Assembly: GCA_963676565.1 (NCBI GenBank)
Contig: OY781089.1
Location: 1,248,001 to 1,312,000, forward strand
Origin: Halarcobacter sp.
Lineage (GTDB): Bacteria; Campylobacterota; Campylobacteria; Campylobacterales; Arcobacteraceae
DNA: 64,000 nt
Reading direction: 5' to 3'
Shown here: positions 62,039 through 64,000 of the stretch, piece after piece
Layout of the letters: every line of letters begins with the position of its first letter
Position numbering within the stretch: the stretch's first letter is position 1
Position numbers and translations under genes: made by a program
Notes under the pieces: model-generated
Database searches by the model: none
The model's input: only the letters and a program-made list of their open reading frames with translations
Told to the model about the DNA's origin: nothing

Positions 62039-64000
62039 ATGTATTTAGAATCATTACAAGAAAAAGATTTATATCTTGCCTATAAAAAGACAAAATTTGA
62101 ATTATTTAATGATAATATATCTACTTCTACCGTTCAACTATTTGAATATGAAGAGAATTTAGAAGATAATATTGATAAATTATATAAGAACATAAAAGAA
62201 GAAGGATTGTTTAATATTTGTTCTTATAGTTATTATGAAATACCTAAATCATATAATGAGAAGCAATCAGAAATTCAAGATGAAGTCCATTTCTTTTCAA
62301 GTTCTCTTATTCACCATAAGGGAAATAAACAAAAAAACATAGAACTAAAATTTAGAAAAATAATTGATGCTAATATTAATTTTCATATAATATCTACATT
62401 ATGGATAGATAAAATAGGACAATACATAGATGAAAAGTTGTCTCATGATGTTTATGGTTCACGGTTAGTGAGAATTAAACCTGTAGATATTAGTTCCTGC
62501 GAATATGATTTGACAATGCAAAGTTATAATTTAGAAAGCCCAAGAATTTTTGAACCATATCAATACAAATATCAAAAATGGAGAAATAATAGTTTTAATA
62601 CAATTAGAGAATTACATAAGTCTTCTTCTGTAATTGCAGTTACTATGGATATAACATCTTTTTATCACCAGATTGATATTGAGGAGTTTATTTCAAAAGA
62701 GTTTTATGACAATTTTGGATTAAGTGATTTATTTGAAGATAATGATGAATTAAAAATTTTTCATGAAGATTTTATTGCATTATTAAAAAAATGGAATAGT
62801 TCAATAAATTCAGAGGATGGACTTCCTATTGGTATTTCAGCTTCTCCTATATTAGCAAATGCTGTAATGAAAGAATTTGATAACAATATTGAAAATAAGT
62901 TAAAACCCACTTATTATGGAAGATATGTTGATGACATTTTATTAGTCTTTCCTGATTCAGGTAACATCCGAAATGGTGAAGATGTTATAAGATATTTAAT
63001 ATCAAAAGACATAGTAAAAAGAGATATAAAAAAAGATCCTAATAGTATCTTTTATAAAAAGTTCACTTTCAAAAAAAATAAACAAAAGATTTTTTATTTA
63101 GATAGAAACTCTGATTTAAGTATTATAGATGCAATTGAAAGTGAAATTAATTCTATATCAAGTGAATGGCGATTTATGCCTGATTTAGTTGATGACAACT
63201 CAACTTTTCTACAGAAAATTATAGGATTTTATGCTGATGGGAATGAGTTTAATGATGCTTTGAGAAAAGTTGATTCTACCACTATTAAAAAGTTGGGATT
63301 GTCTTTATTAATTGGACATGCACATTCTTTAAATGAATATATATCTCCATCAGAATGGAAAAATAAAAGACATGAAATATATGATTTAATAGAAAACCAT
63401 ATATTTATTCCAAGTAATTTTTTTAATAATTATATGTTTATAAGTAGAATCTTTAAACTAATGATTCATAGTGGAGATGGAGAAAGGGCTTATTGCTTTT
63501 TAGAAAAGACTATATCTATTATTGATTCATTTAGAGAAATCTCTTCTAAAAATTGTATAGCTTCAAATGGTAAAGATGTTGAGTTTTATAGATTTGAAAA
63601 ATATCATTATTCTCTACTGCAACAAGTGTTTCTAGAAACTTGTAATATATTGTCTAATATCAAAAAAAGGCATCTTTTAAAGATAATTAATACTTTATTT
63701 AATCAAGAAGTCTTTTGCGATTATTCTAATGTACTGATAACTTTCTATAATAGGGTTATGACTAAAGAAGTTGATAAAGAAGGTTTAATAAGTTTTGATA
63801 ATTTACATATACCTGCAACTGAAATAAATGAAGACGTAATAAAAGAAATAAATGCCCATTTATTTTTTAGGGATTTAGCTTTTAACTCTTTTTCAAGTTC
63901 TTGTACAGAATATGTTCTTACAAAAAACAATTATAATTTACTAAAAATGAATAGAAAGTTTTTATATAATAGATATAAAGACAGTAACCTTGAAATTAAA
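62039..64000 (+). CDS. Large reverse transcriptase (UG/DRT-type), 3' end beyond window
   Basis: Not in ORF track. 654 codons open to window end; MDITSFY (D204), GLPIGISASPILAN (G261), YYGRYVDDILLV (Y296-D299); GGAG RBS. Confidence 0.9.
   Translation, partial: MYLESLQEKDLYLAYKKTKFELFNDNISTSTVQLFEYEENLEDNIDKLYKNIKEEGLFNICSYSYYEIPKSYNEKQSEIQDEVHFFSSSLIHHKGNKQKNIELKFRKIIDANINFHIISTLWIDKIGQYIDEKLSHDVYGSRLVRIKPVDISSCEYDLTMQSYNLESPRIFEPYQYKYQKWRNNSFNTIRELHKSSSVIAVTMDITSFYHQIDIEEFISKEFYDNFGLSDLFEDNDELKIFHEDFIALLKKWNSSINSEDGLPIGISASPILANAVMKEFDNNIENKLKPTYYGRYVDDILLVFPDSGNIRNGEDVIRYLISKDIVKRDIKKDPNSIFYKKFTFKKNKQKIFYLDRNSDLSIIDAIESEINSISSEWRFMPDLVDDNSTFLQKIIGFYADGNEFNDALRKVDSTTIKKLGLSLLIGHAHSLNEYISPSEWKNKRHEIYDLIENHIFIPSNFFNNYMFISRIFKLMIHSGDGERAYCFLEKTISIIDSFREISSKNCIASNGKDVEFYRFEKYHYSLLQQVFLETCNILSNIKKRHLLKIINTLFNQEVFCDYSNVLITFYNRVMTKEVDKEGLISFDNLHIPATEINEDVIKEINAHLFFRDLAFNSFSSSCTEYVLTKNNYNLLKMNRKFLYNRYKDSNLEIK

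Noticed and set aside
62028..62039. Mini-ORF ATG GAG ATA TAA overlapping the RT start (TAATG)
   Set aside because: Most simply a by-product of the GGAG Shine-Dalgarno sequence; no independent support.

Overview
AT-rich chromosomal segment from a Campylobacterota bacterium, most likely Arcobacteraceae (inferred from gene content and order; not verified). The left end (1-8101) is a co-regulated organic-acid uptake/catabolism cluster: two TctC-type binding proteins, a TctA-TctB fusion, a PrpF-family isomerase, a TauE-type exporter, a porin and an RraA-family protein. Four of its promoters share an unnamed direct-repeat motif. The middle is mostly housekeeping and signalling: mfd, a PAS-GGDEF protein, a cowN-like gene, a Spy-RR-HK unit, betT, xseA, a chemotaxis block, panD, ispA, groESL with CIRCE, glmS, metK, accD, dksA, prmA, ftsH, leuA, a K+ channel, a DUF1538-PII fusion and MutS-HNH. 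The right end looks like the start of a defence island. A GHKL-ATPase/PD-(D/E)xK nuclease gene is followed 18 bp later by a long reverse transcriptase ORF (62039 to beyond 64000, YVDD) that the ORF track missed because it runs off the window. Other unannotated signals: six TGGAAAAC repeats and a 'MEN'-repeat uORF in the metK leader, a Leu-run leader peptide before leuA, a structured element after groEL, a stand-alone 12-aa sORF transcription unit, a probable non-canonical start codon, and a Cas2/VapD-like small protein. No tRNA, rRNA, CRISPR array or transposase was recognised.
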